64,000 bases of DNA from a bacterium (GTDB taxonomy: Bacteria > RBG-13-61-14 > DATKZS01). The position numbers and the translations under genes are program-made. Below, piece after piece: positions 39,114 through 47,744 of this stretch. The DNA lies in assembly GCA_963674965.2 (NCBI GenBank), contig CAXXFL010000002.1, positions 672,001 through 736,000 on the forward strand. The letters run 5' to 3'. Numbering within the stretch: the stretch's first letter is position 1; the number at the start of each line of letters is the position of its first letter. Under the pieces are notes generated by a model that worked only from the letters and a program-made list of their open reading frames with translations, made no database searches and was not told the origin of the DNA.

Positions 39114-40520
39114 TTAATGGGAATTGTTTTTCCTGACGGGAATTAATATTTTAAAAAGGCTGCCTTTGCCGGGACGGGATGAAAACTCGATCCTGCCGCC
39201 GTGCAGTTTCGCGGCCCTCTGGGCGATGGCCAGCCCCATGCCCGCTCCGGGCGAGTAAGCGGCCGCCTCTTCCAGCCGGTAAAAGGGGCGGTAAATCTTG
39301 TCCTTTTCCTCCGCCGGTATCCCGACGCCCTCATCGGACACCTCGACGCTGATCCACTCGCCCTGCCAGTCGCGAGTAAGTTTGAACAGAACGTCCGAGT
39401 CCGGGTCCGAGTAGCGGATGGCGTTGTCAAGCACGTTGCCGACCGCCCTGAACAAGGACCAGTAATCGCCCGAGACCTTGGGCACGTTGGCGGCTATCTC
39501 GATTTTAAGCTTTATATCTCTCATGGCCGCGTGGGGCTGAATACGCAGCGCCACGGCCCGGCACAGGGCGGCAAGGTCAACCTCTTTGGAAAGAGGCCCC
39601 CTTTCGAGCATGTCCAGCCTGGCGTTCTCCGCCATGTCCTCGATGAGGTCGAGGATGATCTCCGCGTCGTCGCGCACCTTGAAGAGGTTTTCCATGTCGC
39701 CGGAAGGTATCCACTGGTGGCCGTCATTCAGATAGTCGTCGCAGATTTTGCGTATTTCCTTAAGGGGGACCCGGACGCTGTCCGCCGCCTTCGCGAGCAG
39801 GTCGTTCCTGGCCTTCTCCGTCTCGAGCATCTCCTGGTTGACCGCCTCGCACGACTCCCTTCTCCGGTCGATCTCCGAGGTAAGGAGTAACAGTCTCTTC
39901 TCAGCGGCGCGCAGGTTCCAGCCGATGGTCGCGCCCATATAGGCCGTGACTCCCACCATGGTGACGAAGATGTAGGAAAGGCCGAAGACGTAGGTCCGGT
40001 TATGCCTGACTTCATCGGGCAAAAAGCCCTCGAGTCCGAAATAAGCGGGGATCAAATCGGCGAAGTCGGCCCAGAAAAGGGTCAGGCAAGCCAGACAGAT
40101 AAGGGCCGAGACCACCAGCATGTTGCGGGGCGGAAGCAGGATCGAGCCGATGGCGATGTGGAATACGACGTAGAAAATAAAGAGGTTGAGCACGCCTCCC
40201 GTGAAGGCCACGAGAAGGACGAGGACGAGGAAATCCAGGCCGATCTGAACGTTGGCGTCGATGAGAAGGCGCCTTGAGTCCCATTCGCGGCCTCTCCGGT
40301 GGAGGGTGAAATCTATGGCCAGGTTGTAAAGGAAAATAAAGACGACCACGCCGTAGAGCGGCGGCTTGTGATAGGACACGCCGGCGATACGGTCGGCGAG
40401 CATGACCGTGGCCAGAATGCCCAGCCCGGCCAGCCAGCGAACCTTCACCATCCATCGCAGGCGCTGGTCCAAGGCCTGATCGAATGGAGCGGGGTGTGGA
40501 AACATCTTTGCCCGCTTCAA
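39114..40520 (-). CDS. Membrane sensor histidine kinase-like protein (H-box His absent)
   Basis: About 5-6 TM helices; NVLDNAIRY, DEGVGI, PFYR and GAGMGLAI boxes. Confidence 0.88.
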   Translation of the reverse strand: MKRAKMFPHPAPFDQALDQRLRWMVKVRWLAGLGILATVMLADRIAGVSYHKPPLYGVVVFIFLYNLAIDFTLHRRGREWDSRRLLIDANVQIGLDFLVLVLLVAFTGGVLNLFIFYVVFHIAIGSILLPPRNMLVVSALICLACLTLFWADFADLIPAYFGLEGFLPDEVRHNRTYVFGLSYIFVTMVGVTAYMGATIGWNLRAAEKRLLLLTSEIDRRRESCEAVNQEMLETEKARNDLLAKAADSVRVPLKEIRKICDDYLNDGHQWIPSGDMENLFKVRDDAEIILDLIEDMAENARLDMLERGPLSKEVDLAALCRAVALRIQPHAAMRDIKLKIEIAANVPKVSGDYWSLFRAVGNVLDNAIRYSDPDSDVLFKLTRDWQGEWISVEVSDEGVGIPAEEKDKIYRPFYRLEEAAAYSPGAGMGLAIAQRAAKLHGGRIEFSSRPGKGSLFKILIPVRKNNSH

Positions 40521-40683
40521 TTACCGCCCTCCCCAAAAGTGGAATTGAATAATTTTCCCACGATTGGGCCGGCCCGTCAATGAAGAGTTGGCAAAGGAGG
40601 ACCAGAGCGAGGGGAGCGTTTCATGTCTTCCCCTTTATCGGCGGGACAAGGCGGAAAAAGGAGGCAAATAAATCGCTCGGCGG

Positions 40684-41133
40684 TCAGGGGTTTTCCGGCT
40701 CGGGATCGGCCCCGGCCGAGTCGGAGCGGAAGTCATCGAGATGGCTCTCGGCGTATTCCTTCGCCTTCTGGGCGTATTCCCGGTATTGGTCGACCTTGTC
40801 GGGCATGCCGTCGCCTATCCAGGCGCTCGCGGCCTTTCCGATGCCGTAGGTCACGCCGGCGGCGAATGGTATCTGGAGGGGAGCGAAGGGGATGAGGGCA
40901 ATAAGGGTCCGCCTGGCGAAGGCCCCTCCCAGTCCGACGATAAAGGTCTTGATGGCGTTGCCCGAGAGGGTCGCGCCGTGGGCCCGGCCTATGCGGGCGA
41001 CCATGTAAAGGTCGTTGGCCAAAAGAGTAAGAGACCCCACGATGGGCGCCGCCGCGATCACCCCCGCCCTCACCGCGCCCCACCGGCAAAGCGACTCGAC
41101 CCGCTCGTCAACGCTCTTTTCGATTGTCGTCAT
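40684..41133 (-). CDS. Hypothetical protein, DUF697-like
   Basis: GGAGGA RBS; AAPIVG..L....YMVARIG..G and IP..AAGVTYGIGKAA patterns. Confidence 0.65.
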   Translation of the reverse strand: MTTIEKSVDERVESLCRWGAVRAGVIAAAPIVGSLTLLANDLYMVARIGRAHGATLSGNAIKTFIVGLGGAFARRTLIALIPFAPLQIPFAAGVTYGIGKAASAWIGDGMPDKVDQYREYAQKAKEYAESHLDDFRSDSAGADPEPENP

Positions 41134-41181
41134 CACGTCCTCCCAACTTTGTTGCAGGGGCGTTGGCCACGGCGTCACTCA

Positions 41182-42120
41182 TCACATGGAAGTGATATGA
41201 AAAGACCAGACGTCCCGCAACTGGTTATTTTCGTCCAACAATGGCTGAGGCACGTTGAAAAAAGGGGCCGCTTTTCTAACGGCCTGAATCGCGGCGGCGT
41301 CTACTATAGGAAACCCGCACGAGTCGATAACGTCCACCGACCCTAATTTACCGTCGGCCTCGAGAACCACCATCAGTTTTGTTTCAAGTCGCGCTCCTCT
41401 CCAATTGATTTTATCCAACACCGGCTCCGGGCGCCAATAAAACCTGATCGCTCTTTTCATGCGGTTATAAAAAGAAGCGTAAGCGAAACGCATTGAGTTA
41501 AGTGAAGTGAGCGACCCTTTCGGGACATGGGGGAGATAATCGATCGAGCCGTCGTCTCCTTCCATGGCGCGATTGATATCCGCCATGCTTACCATCAGGT
41601 CTTTTTTCTCAACGGTTTCCTTGTCAGCCTTGGCAATTATTACGGGTTCGGCGAATTTTTTGTTCTTGGTCCGCTTCGGCCTTATTGGTTTCTCGTCTTG
41701 CTCGGGCGAATCCGATTTGATTTTGCTTCTCTGCTCGGGAGACCTATTTCTTTTGTTACTATGCCTATCAGAGCTAGCTCCGGGAGAACCCGTGCGTCCT
41801 TGGCTCGGTTTGACCGTCTCCTTCTCAGTGCGCGCGTTCCGCTCCGATAAAAATTTAGTATTATCAGGAGGCTTGGTTTCGTCATTGGGATCATCCGGTC
41901 CCAGATCGACTATCTGTCCATTTCTAGGCATCAGTTCTGGCGGTTTATCCAGAGGTATAGGGTCGGGCTTGGAAAGATTTACCAATTCGATAATAGTGGA
42001 ATCCTCCATCTTCGCGTCCGCTTTATAGACGGGCAGAAAGTGAAGGACAAGGAGATTGAGAAGCACGGACAAAACAATGGCCGCCGTCCGGATAATCAGC
42101 TTTTCGTCGTCGTTCATCAC
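41182..42120 (-). CDS. TonB/TolA C-terminal domain protein
   Basis: N-terminal TM, charged linker, FLSERN, YASFYNRMKRAI..W, SCGFPIVDAAAIQAVRKAAPF. Confidence 0.82.
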   Translation of the reverse strand: MMNDDEKLIIRTAAIVLSVLLNLLVLHFLPVYKADAKMEDSTIIELVNLSKPDPIPLDKPPELMPRNGQIVDLGPDDPNDETKPPDNTKFLSERNARTEKETVKPSQGRTGSPGASSDRHSNKRNRSPEQRSKIKSDSPEQDEKPIRPKRTKNKKFAEPVIIAKADKETVEKKDLMVSMADINRAMEGDDGSIDYLPHVPKGSLTSLNSMRFAYASFYNRMKRAIRFYWRPEPVLDKINWRGARLETKLMVVLEADGKLGSVDVIDSCGFPIVDAAAIQAVRKAAPFFNVPQPLLDENNQLRDVWSFHITSM

Positions 42121-42125
42121 TCCTT

Positions 42126-42154
42126 AGAGTAAGTACAGGAGGAAAAAGTGTCAA
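42126..42154 (-). promoter_or_regulatory. Sigma70-type promoter for the TonB-domain gene
   Basis: Minus strand TTGACA-17 bp-TACTCT. Confidence 0.6.
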
Positions 42155-42183
42155 TAGCGGCGCATATTCCGGGATGGCGCCGC

Positions 42184-42366
42184 CCCGGGCGCGAGCGTTT
42201 TCAGGGGTTATCGCCACGCCCGTCCTCGCGACTTTATCTCTTTGCCGGTCTTCGCCATCTTGTCGATCCACCTATCCGGCTTCGCCGGACCCGGACGGTT
42301 TTTGCAAAACCGGCCGGGCCACCCCCGCTGGCAAGTTGTCCCGGGCGCGAGCGTTTCAGGGCTTAT
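42184..42366. repeat. Imperfect 27-28 bp direct repeat pair
   Basis: CCCGGGCGCGAGCGTTTTCAGGGGTTAT (42184-42211) and CCCGGGCGCGAGCGTTTCAGGGCTTAT (42340-42366). Confidence 0.8.
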
Positions 42367-42399
42367 TTTCACGGTGTCGGTCTTTTTTCCCAGTCCCCC

Positions 42400-42435
42400 T
42401 TGACAAGACCGTTAGGTAGAGCATATGATCTTGTC
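42400..42435 (+). promoter_or_regulatory. Sigma70-type promoter with overlapping inverted repeat
   Basis: TTGACA-18 bp-TATGAT; GACAAGA (42402-42408) and TCTTGTC (42429-42435) form inverted arms. Confidence 0.55.
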
Positions 42436-42535
42436 CGTGCCTTCGTTTAACGGGCATTAAAAATTTTCTCGCGGCCACGGCCGCCCGGATGAAACCCGAA
42501 AGCGGGTCTCGAGCGAGACGAAAAGGAGACCGTCC

Positions 42536-43279
42536 ATGTCCGAAAACAACGAGATCGAAAACGAAAAGGGACCTAAGATTACGCCGCCCGAGCCGGGGGA
42601 CCCCTTCAACGAGGTCGAGGACGTCATCTACAGGAGGCGCAGCGTCCGCTACTACAAAAAGAAACAGGTCCCCGAGTATCTGGTCAAGAGGATACTCGAG
42701 GCCGGCCGCTTCGCTCCATCCGCCGGCAACGCCCAGCCCTGGAAGTTCATCGTGGTCCGCGACCCGAGCATGATCCAGGCCATGACCGACGACGTGATCA
42801 AGTTCTGCAGGCGGGCCATGCGCCTGATCGACTACATCGAGCCCGGCCGGGAGAAGCACGAGTTCCTGGCCAAGCTCACCCAGCGGATCATGACCAACGA
42901 GTTCCATCCCGTGCCCTTCGGCGCCATGAAGCTCATCGCCGAGGGCAAGCTGGGCGTGTGGCACGGGGCGCCCACGGTGATAGTAATACTGATTGATAGC
43001 AGGTCCCCGGGCAAGCCCCTTTTGGACGCGGGCATAGCGGGACAGAACATGGTGCTCACGGCCCACTCGATGGGTCTTGGCACGTGTTGGGTCAGCTTTA
43101 TCACGCCCCTCGAGTTCGAGCTGAAATGGAGAAAGAAGCTCGGCATCGGTTTCCCCTACAAGCTGGCCACGTCGATCGCCATCGGCTATCCGCGCGGAAA
43201 CCCCGACGGCCAGGTGGACAGGGAAACCCAGAAGATCGACTGGTACGACGAAGACGGGACCTTCAGGATCGTCACCTGA
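42536..43279 (+). CDS. Nitroreductase family protein
   Basis: RRRSVRYY, APSAGNAQPW, QNMVLTAHSMGLGTCW, IGYP. Confidence 0.93.
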   Translation: MSENNEIENEKGPKITPPEPGDPFNEVEDVIYRRRSVRYYKKKQVPEYLVKRILEAGRFAPSAGNAQPWKFIVVRDPSMIQAMTDDVIKFCRRAMRLIDYIEPGREKHEFLAKLTQRIMTNEFHPVPFGAMKLIAEGKLGVWHGAPTVIVILIDSRSPGKPLLDAGIAGQNMVLTAHSMGLGTCWVSFITPLEFELKWRKKLGIGFPYKLATSIAIGYPRGNPDGQVDRETQKIDWYDEDGTFRIVT

Positions 43280-43303
43280 GCCCCGGAAAGAGCGAGGTTG
43301 GTT

Positions 43304-43630
43304 ATGACTGAAAAGCTATCATTGGCCGAGCGCCTCAGGATGGAGAGCTACCGTAAGATCGGGGAGGACGTGGTCCTGGGCGAGGTGTCCTTTAACGCGG
43401 ACGCCTGCAAGGGTTGCGGCCTTTGCGTGGCGGCCTGCGCCGCCAGCGCCATCGAGCTTACTTCGGACAAGAAGGCCCGCATGGTCACGTTCATGCCCTA
43501 CTGCATGTCCTGTGGGGACTGCACTGCCATCTGTCCGGAGGGGGCCATCACCCTTACGGAGTTCATCGTGTTCAAGCGTTTTTACAAGTACCTTGACCGG
43601 GGCGAGCCGAGCCCGCCCAGAAAATTTTGA
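43304..43630 (+). CDS. 2x[4Fe-4S] ferredoxin
   Basis: CKGCGLCVAAC and CMSCGDCTAICP. Confidence 0.9.
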   Translation: MTEKLSLAERLRMESYRKIGEDVVLGEVSFNADACKGCGLCVAACAASAIELTSDKKARMVTFMPYCMSCGDCTAICPEGAITLTEFIVFKRFYKYLDRGEPSPPRKF

Positions 43631-43648
43631 CGGGAGGCGTGACAAGTA

Positions 43649-45025
43649 ATGCGAGACGTTTATGTAATCGGCAGTCACACGATCAAGTTCGCCAAGTACC
43701 TTGACAAGGGGATCAAGGACCTTACAAGGATGACGGTCGAGGGGGTATTGAAGGACGCGGGCGTGGAAAAGAAGGATATCCAGTCGGCCTGGTTCTCGAA
43801 CTCGGGCTGGGGCATGGGCGAGTGGCAGCACTCGATAAGAGGACAGGTGGCCCTGCGTCCACTCGGCATCGAGGCCGTGCCCATCACCAACGTGGAGAAC
43901 GCCTGCGCCGGCGGCTCGACGGCTTTCCACGGGGCTTGGAAGGACGTGGCTTCCGGCCTCTGGGACATCTCCCTGGCCGTGGGCGCGGAGAAGGTCTACA
44001 GCGCCAACAAGTACGCCGTGTTCGCGGGGTTCATCTCCGGCATGGACGCCAAGAGCATCGGCGAGGCGGTGGGCCGGCTGAAGGAGTTCGCCCCCGAGCC
44101 CGGCGAGATACCAAAGGAGCAGCTCGAGGCGGCCAAATCCACGGGCAAGGCCCGAAAGCCCAAGAGCCTTCGCGACAAGGTCCAGGACTACTGGAACATG
44201 TTCGCCGTTTACGTGATGCTGGGCGAGGCCCTGGGCTACGACACGGTGAAGAAGACGGCGGGCGCCAACCGGGGCGACCACTCCCCCTTCATGGACGTCT
44301 ACGGGTACGCGGCCCGGCGTCATATGAAGGACCACGGCAGCACCCAGCGTCAACTTGCGGTGATCGCCAGCAAGAACCACTGGCACTCGACCATGAACCC
44401 CAACGCTCAGTACACCTTCGAGGTGTCGGTGGAGGACGCCTTAAAGGACAGGCTAGTCAGTTATCCTTTGACCCGGAGCATGTGCGCTCCCATCGGGGAC
44501 GGGGCGGCCAGCGCCATATTGGCCTCGGAGGAGGTGGTAAAGAGGCTGGGCGTTTCCTCGAGGGCGATCAAGGTGCGGGCCTCCGTTCTGGCCTCGGGCA
44601 TGGAAAGGGAATGGGACGCCGAGGACATAGCCGAGCGGGCGGCCAAGCGGGCTTACGAGGTAGCGGGCCTGGGGCCGGCGGACGTGCACCTGGCGGAGGT
44701 CCACGACGCCACGGCCTTTGGCGAGCTTCATCAGACCGAGGCCCTGGGCTTCTTCCCCCTCGGGGAGGGAGGAGTTCACGCCGAGGCGGGGGAGACGAAG
44801 ATTGGCGGCAGGATTCCCGTCAACACCTCGGGCGGACTTATCTCGAGGGGCCACCCTATCGGGGCCTCGGGACTGGCTCAGATGAACGAGTTGGTGGTCC
44901 AGCTTCGCGGCGAAGCGGGAAAACGGCAGGTGGAAAAGGCCCGCATAGCCATGGCGGAAAACGGAGGCGGCGCCCTGGGCAACGAGGAAGCGGCCATGTG
45001 CATCCACCTCCTCGAGGCCCCCTGA
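43649..45025 (+). CDS. Thiolase family protein (SCP2/lipid-transfer type)
   Basis: VENACAGGS, KNH..NP.AQ, DGAA, EVHDA, NTSGGL..GHPIGASG, ENGGG. Confidence 0.93.
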   Translation: MRDVYVIGSHTIKFAKYLDKGIKDLTRMTVEGVLKDAGVEKKDIQSAWFSNSGWGMGEWQHSIRGQVALRPLGIEAVPITNVENACAGGSTAFHGAWKDVASGLWDISLAVGAEKVYSANKYAVFAGFISGMDAKSIGEAVGRLKEFAPEPGEIPKEQLEAAKSTGKARKPKSLRDKVQDYWNMFAVYVMLGEALGYDTVKKTAGANRGDHSPFMDVYGYAARRHMKDHGSTQRQLAVIASKNHWHSTMNPNAQYTFEVSVEDALKDRLVSYPLTRSMCAPIGDGAASAILASEEVVKRLGVSSRAIKVRASVLASGMEREWDAEDIAERAAKRAYEVAGLGPADVHLAEVHDATAFGELHQTEALGFFPLGEGGVHAEAGETKIGGRIPVNTSGGLISRGHPIGASGLAQMNELVVQLRGEAGKRQVEKARIAMAENGGGALGNEEAAMCIHLLEAP

Positions 45026-45034
45026 ATACGCGTG

Positions 45035-45085
45035 GCCCATCGCAATATTGTCCGAAATATTGCGTGGGCGGCGAAGCCGCGGGCT
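45035..45085. repeat. REP-like palindromic element (family also at 63.5-63.7 kb)
   Basis: Hairpin GCCCA(T)CGCAATATT...AATATTGCGTGGGC plus tail GGCGAAGCCGCGGGCT. Confidence 0.7.
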
Positions 45086-45110
45086 GAAAGCGTCTGACGT
45101 CGATCGCATT

Positions 45111-45147
45111 GAAAGGGCGACCCGATTATTCCCGGGCCGCCCCTTTA
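45111..45147. terminator. Probable bidirectional terminator between convergent genes
   Basis: AAAGGGCG.CCCG / CGGG.CGCCCCTTT stem. Confidence 0.5.
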
Positions 45148-45172
45148 TGATGGTTTCCAGGCTATTGGCCTC

Positions 45173-45934
45173 TTAGCAGGTCGATCCTCCGTCGACCACC
45201 AGGATGGCGCCGGTGGTGTAGCTCGAGGCCTCGGAGGCCAGATAAAGGGCCGCGCCGGCTATCTCGTCGGGCTGGGCGTGGCGCTTCATGGGGATGTTCA
45301 AAAGGGCGGCCTCATAGATGGGCTTGGTGTCGATAAGGACCTTGGCGAAACTGGTCTGGGTAAGGCCGGGACAGATGGCGTTGCACCGAAGTCCGAAGGG
45401 CCCGTATTCCTTGGCAAAGGCCTTGGTCATGAGGATGACGGCCGCCTTGGTCATGCCGTAAACGCCCTGCATGGGCGGTCCTTCCAGCCCGGCGATGGAG
45501 GCGATATTGATGATGTTGCCCGACTTTTGCTCGAGCATCATCTTGCCCGCCTTCTGGGCCATGAAGAAATAACCCTTGGTGTTGACCTCGAAGGTCTTGT
45601 CGTACTGGCTCTCGGAGATATTTAGAAGGTCCCCGAAATAGGGGTTGGTGGCCGCGTTGTTGACCAGTATATCCACCTTGCCGTATTCCGCTTTAACTTT
45701 TTTGAACAGGTCCTCGATCATCTCGACTTTGCCGGCGTGGCAGGCGATGGGCAGGGCCTCGCCTCCCGCGGCCTTGATTTCTCCGGCGACCCTGTCGAGT
45801 CCCTCCTGCTTGCGGGAGGACAGCACTACCTTGGCCCCGTTGGACGCGAAGGTCTTGGCGATGGACTCGCCGATTCCCCTGCTGGCGCCGCTGACGACGG
45901 CCACTTTGCCCTCAAGGCTGAAATTTACGCTCAT
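45173..45934 (-). CDS. Short-chain dehydrogenase/reductase
   Basis: SGASRGIG, NNAATNP, YGMTK, PG, VDGG. Confidence 0.95.
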   Translation of the reverse strand: MSVNFSLEGKVAVVSGASRGIGESIAKTFASNGAKVVLSSRKQEGLDRVAGEIKAAGGEALPIACHAGKVEMIEDLFKKVKAEYGKVDILVNNAATNPYFGDLLNISESQYDKTFEVNTKGYFFMAQKAGKMMLEQKSGNIINIASIAGLEGPPMQGVYGMTKAAVILMTKAFAKEYGPFGLRCNAICPGLTQTSFAKVLIDTKPIYEAALLNIPMKRHAQPDEIAGAALYLASEASSYTTGAILVVDGGSTC

Positions 45935-46011
45935 GTTTGACGTCTCCTTCCGATGATAAATCTCGTTTCCCTGGACGGGAGCGGGACCGGTCCGCTTCCA
46001 TCTCGGGGCCG

Positions 46012-47613
46012 CTATTTGCGGGCTTTATTGCCGTTGTATTCGACCACCAGGGTGGCCGGCTGCATGGCGTCTCCCCATTTCGAGACGCGAAACTCCCTGG
46101 CCTTTCCAAACAGCGCGACGCCGGCCGCCGCGGTTTTCTCGAGGGGCCCGGTCTTGCCGAACTCTTTTTCCACTTTGTCCAGAACGTCCCGGATCATCTC
46201 GCGCATTTCTTCCGTCGGCGCCAGGTGGAGCATGGCGCTGAGCAGTATTCTGTATTTCGGCGCCTGCTCGGCGAAGAAGCGCGCCCTTTTCCGTAATATG
46301 GGTTTTTCCGAGTGCTTGAGGTTAAGGTATCCCTCGAGGTCGGTCTGGATGAACCTCATAAGCGACGGTCCCAGTTTATGGAAGTCCATCAAGTACGCCT
46401 CTTCCTGCAGACGCTCGGCCTCCTTGAGGTTGAACTCGGGATGGATGAACCATGGCTGCTTGAAGGCGTGCCATTCCTCGAAGGGAATGGCCGTGAGTAT
46501 GCGCTTGTCTTCAGCCAGTCTTTCGTAAAGAGGGGTGCCCGGCAGGGGAGAATAATGGGAGAACTGGCTGAAGGCGGGCCTGGCTTTTAAATGGTCTTCC
46601 ACGTCCTCCATCACGTTATCCTTGTCGTGGGAGTCGAGAAGAAGGATCGAGCTGAGTATGGTTTTGATGCCGTAACTCCGAAGCTCGTCCACCAGGGGCG
46701 GAATGTCGATCTTCGAGTTTTTGCCGTAGCTCGAAAACTTCCCTTCCCGGCCTATCCAAATGGTGCCGGCGCCCATCTCCGCCAGCTTCTCGGGAGTGAA
46801 TTTCATCACCCTGTCGGCCGACCCGAAAAGGAAAAGGTTGAAGACCTTCCCGCTTTGCACGACCCTTTTCCTGAGCTGTTCGGCCCTTTCAAGGTCGAGC
46901 AGGAAATTGTCGTCCCCGATAAAGGCGATGAGGTTCGACTTATAGACCTTTTCTACCCGTAACATTTCCTCGAAAAGATCGTCGCCGGTTTTGAAGAACT
47001 TGAGGTGCCTGCGTCCAAAGAAATGGCTGGGACTGCAAAAGTCGCATCCATAGGAACAGCCAAGTCCGACCACGATATGAGGGTTTCTTACGCCATGGAT
47101 GGGTACCCCCAGTATCTGTTTGCTCTCGGCGTAGACGTTCGGGTTTTTGAACTCGAACTCCGGTGGCTCGCCAAGCAGGTCGCGCATAAAGGAAATTCCC
47201 TCCCCCACGCACACGTAATCCACGTCCATCATTTTTTCCAGGTCCGGGACCGTGGCGCAGAACCCACCCAGTACAATTTTGGAGCCAGGAGAAAGGCGCC
47301 TTGTCTCCTCAACCATCCTCTTGACCTTCTGGAAGTTGGGAAGGATCGCCCCTATCCCCACCACGTCATAGCCCTTCTTGACCTCCCTTTTAAACCTTTC
47401 AAGAGTGGGGAAATCAAGGACCGTGGCCCGTGCCTCAATGTTATTGGCGATGGCGTGCAGCCCGAAGGAGTTCATAAAGGCCCGCATGGAAAAAATACCC
47501 TGGGCCTTGGTAAGCTGGTTGTGATATAGCTCTATTTTGGATTCAACCCGGCCGTAGTTGTTATTTACTCCAAAAGGCTTGAACGCCGATGATAAAAGCA
47601 CCCTTGGGGGCAT
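46012..47613 (-). CDS. B12-binding domain radical SAM protein
   Basis: N-terminal cobalamin-binding-like region (YDVVGI, LGG, GEG), GCSYGCDFC, DDNF, PLPGTPLY. Confidence 0.85.
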   Translation of the reverse strand: MPPRVLLSSAFKPFGVNNNYGRVESKIELYHNQLTKAQGIFSMRAFMNSFGLHAIANNIEARATVLDFPTLERFKREVKKGYDVVGIGAILPNFQKVKRMVEETRRLSPGSKIVLGGFCATVPDLEKMMDVDYVCVGEGISFMRDLLGEPPEFEFKNPNVYAESKQILGVPIHGVRNPHIVVGLGCSYGCDFCSPSHFFGRRHLKFFKTGDDLFEEMLRVEKVYKSNLIAFIGDDNFLLDLERAEQLRKRVVQSGKVFNLFLFGSADRVMKFTPEKLAEMGAGTIWIGREGKFSSYGKNSKIDIPPLVDELRSYGIKTILSSILLLDSHDKDNVMEDVEDHLKARPAFSQFSHYSPLPGTPLYERLAEDKRILTAIPFEEWHAFKQPWFIHPEFNLKEAERLQEEAYLMDFHKLGPSLMRFIQTDLEGYLNLKHSEKPILRKRARFFAEQAPKYRILLSAMLHLAPTEEMREMIRDVLDKVEKEFGKTGPLEKTAAAGVALFGKAREFRVSKWGDAMQPATLVVEYNGNKARK

Positions 47614-47744
47614 AAGTACCTCCTGGGGACAATCTATTTTATAACGGTCGGTCAGTCAAACGCGCCTTTCACGGCCGCGCTTTTGCCGGCGTCGAATATG
47701 TACAGGATAAACTCGAGCGTCCCTCAATTCCCGCGTACCGCTCA

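Noticed and set aside
42184-42366. Mini CRISPR array
   Set aside because: Only two repeats, a 128-bp spacer and no cas genes.
42174-42419. 81-aa ORF with repeated RARAF as a possible peptide precursor
   Set aside because: No RBS, it overlaps promoter elements, and the repeat is better explained at the DNA level (an indel breaks the similarity in frame).
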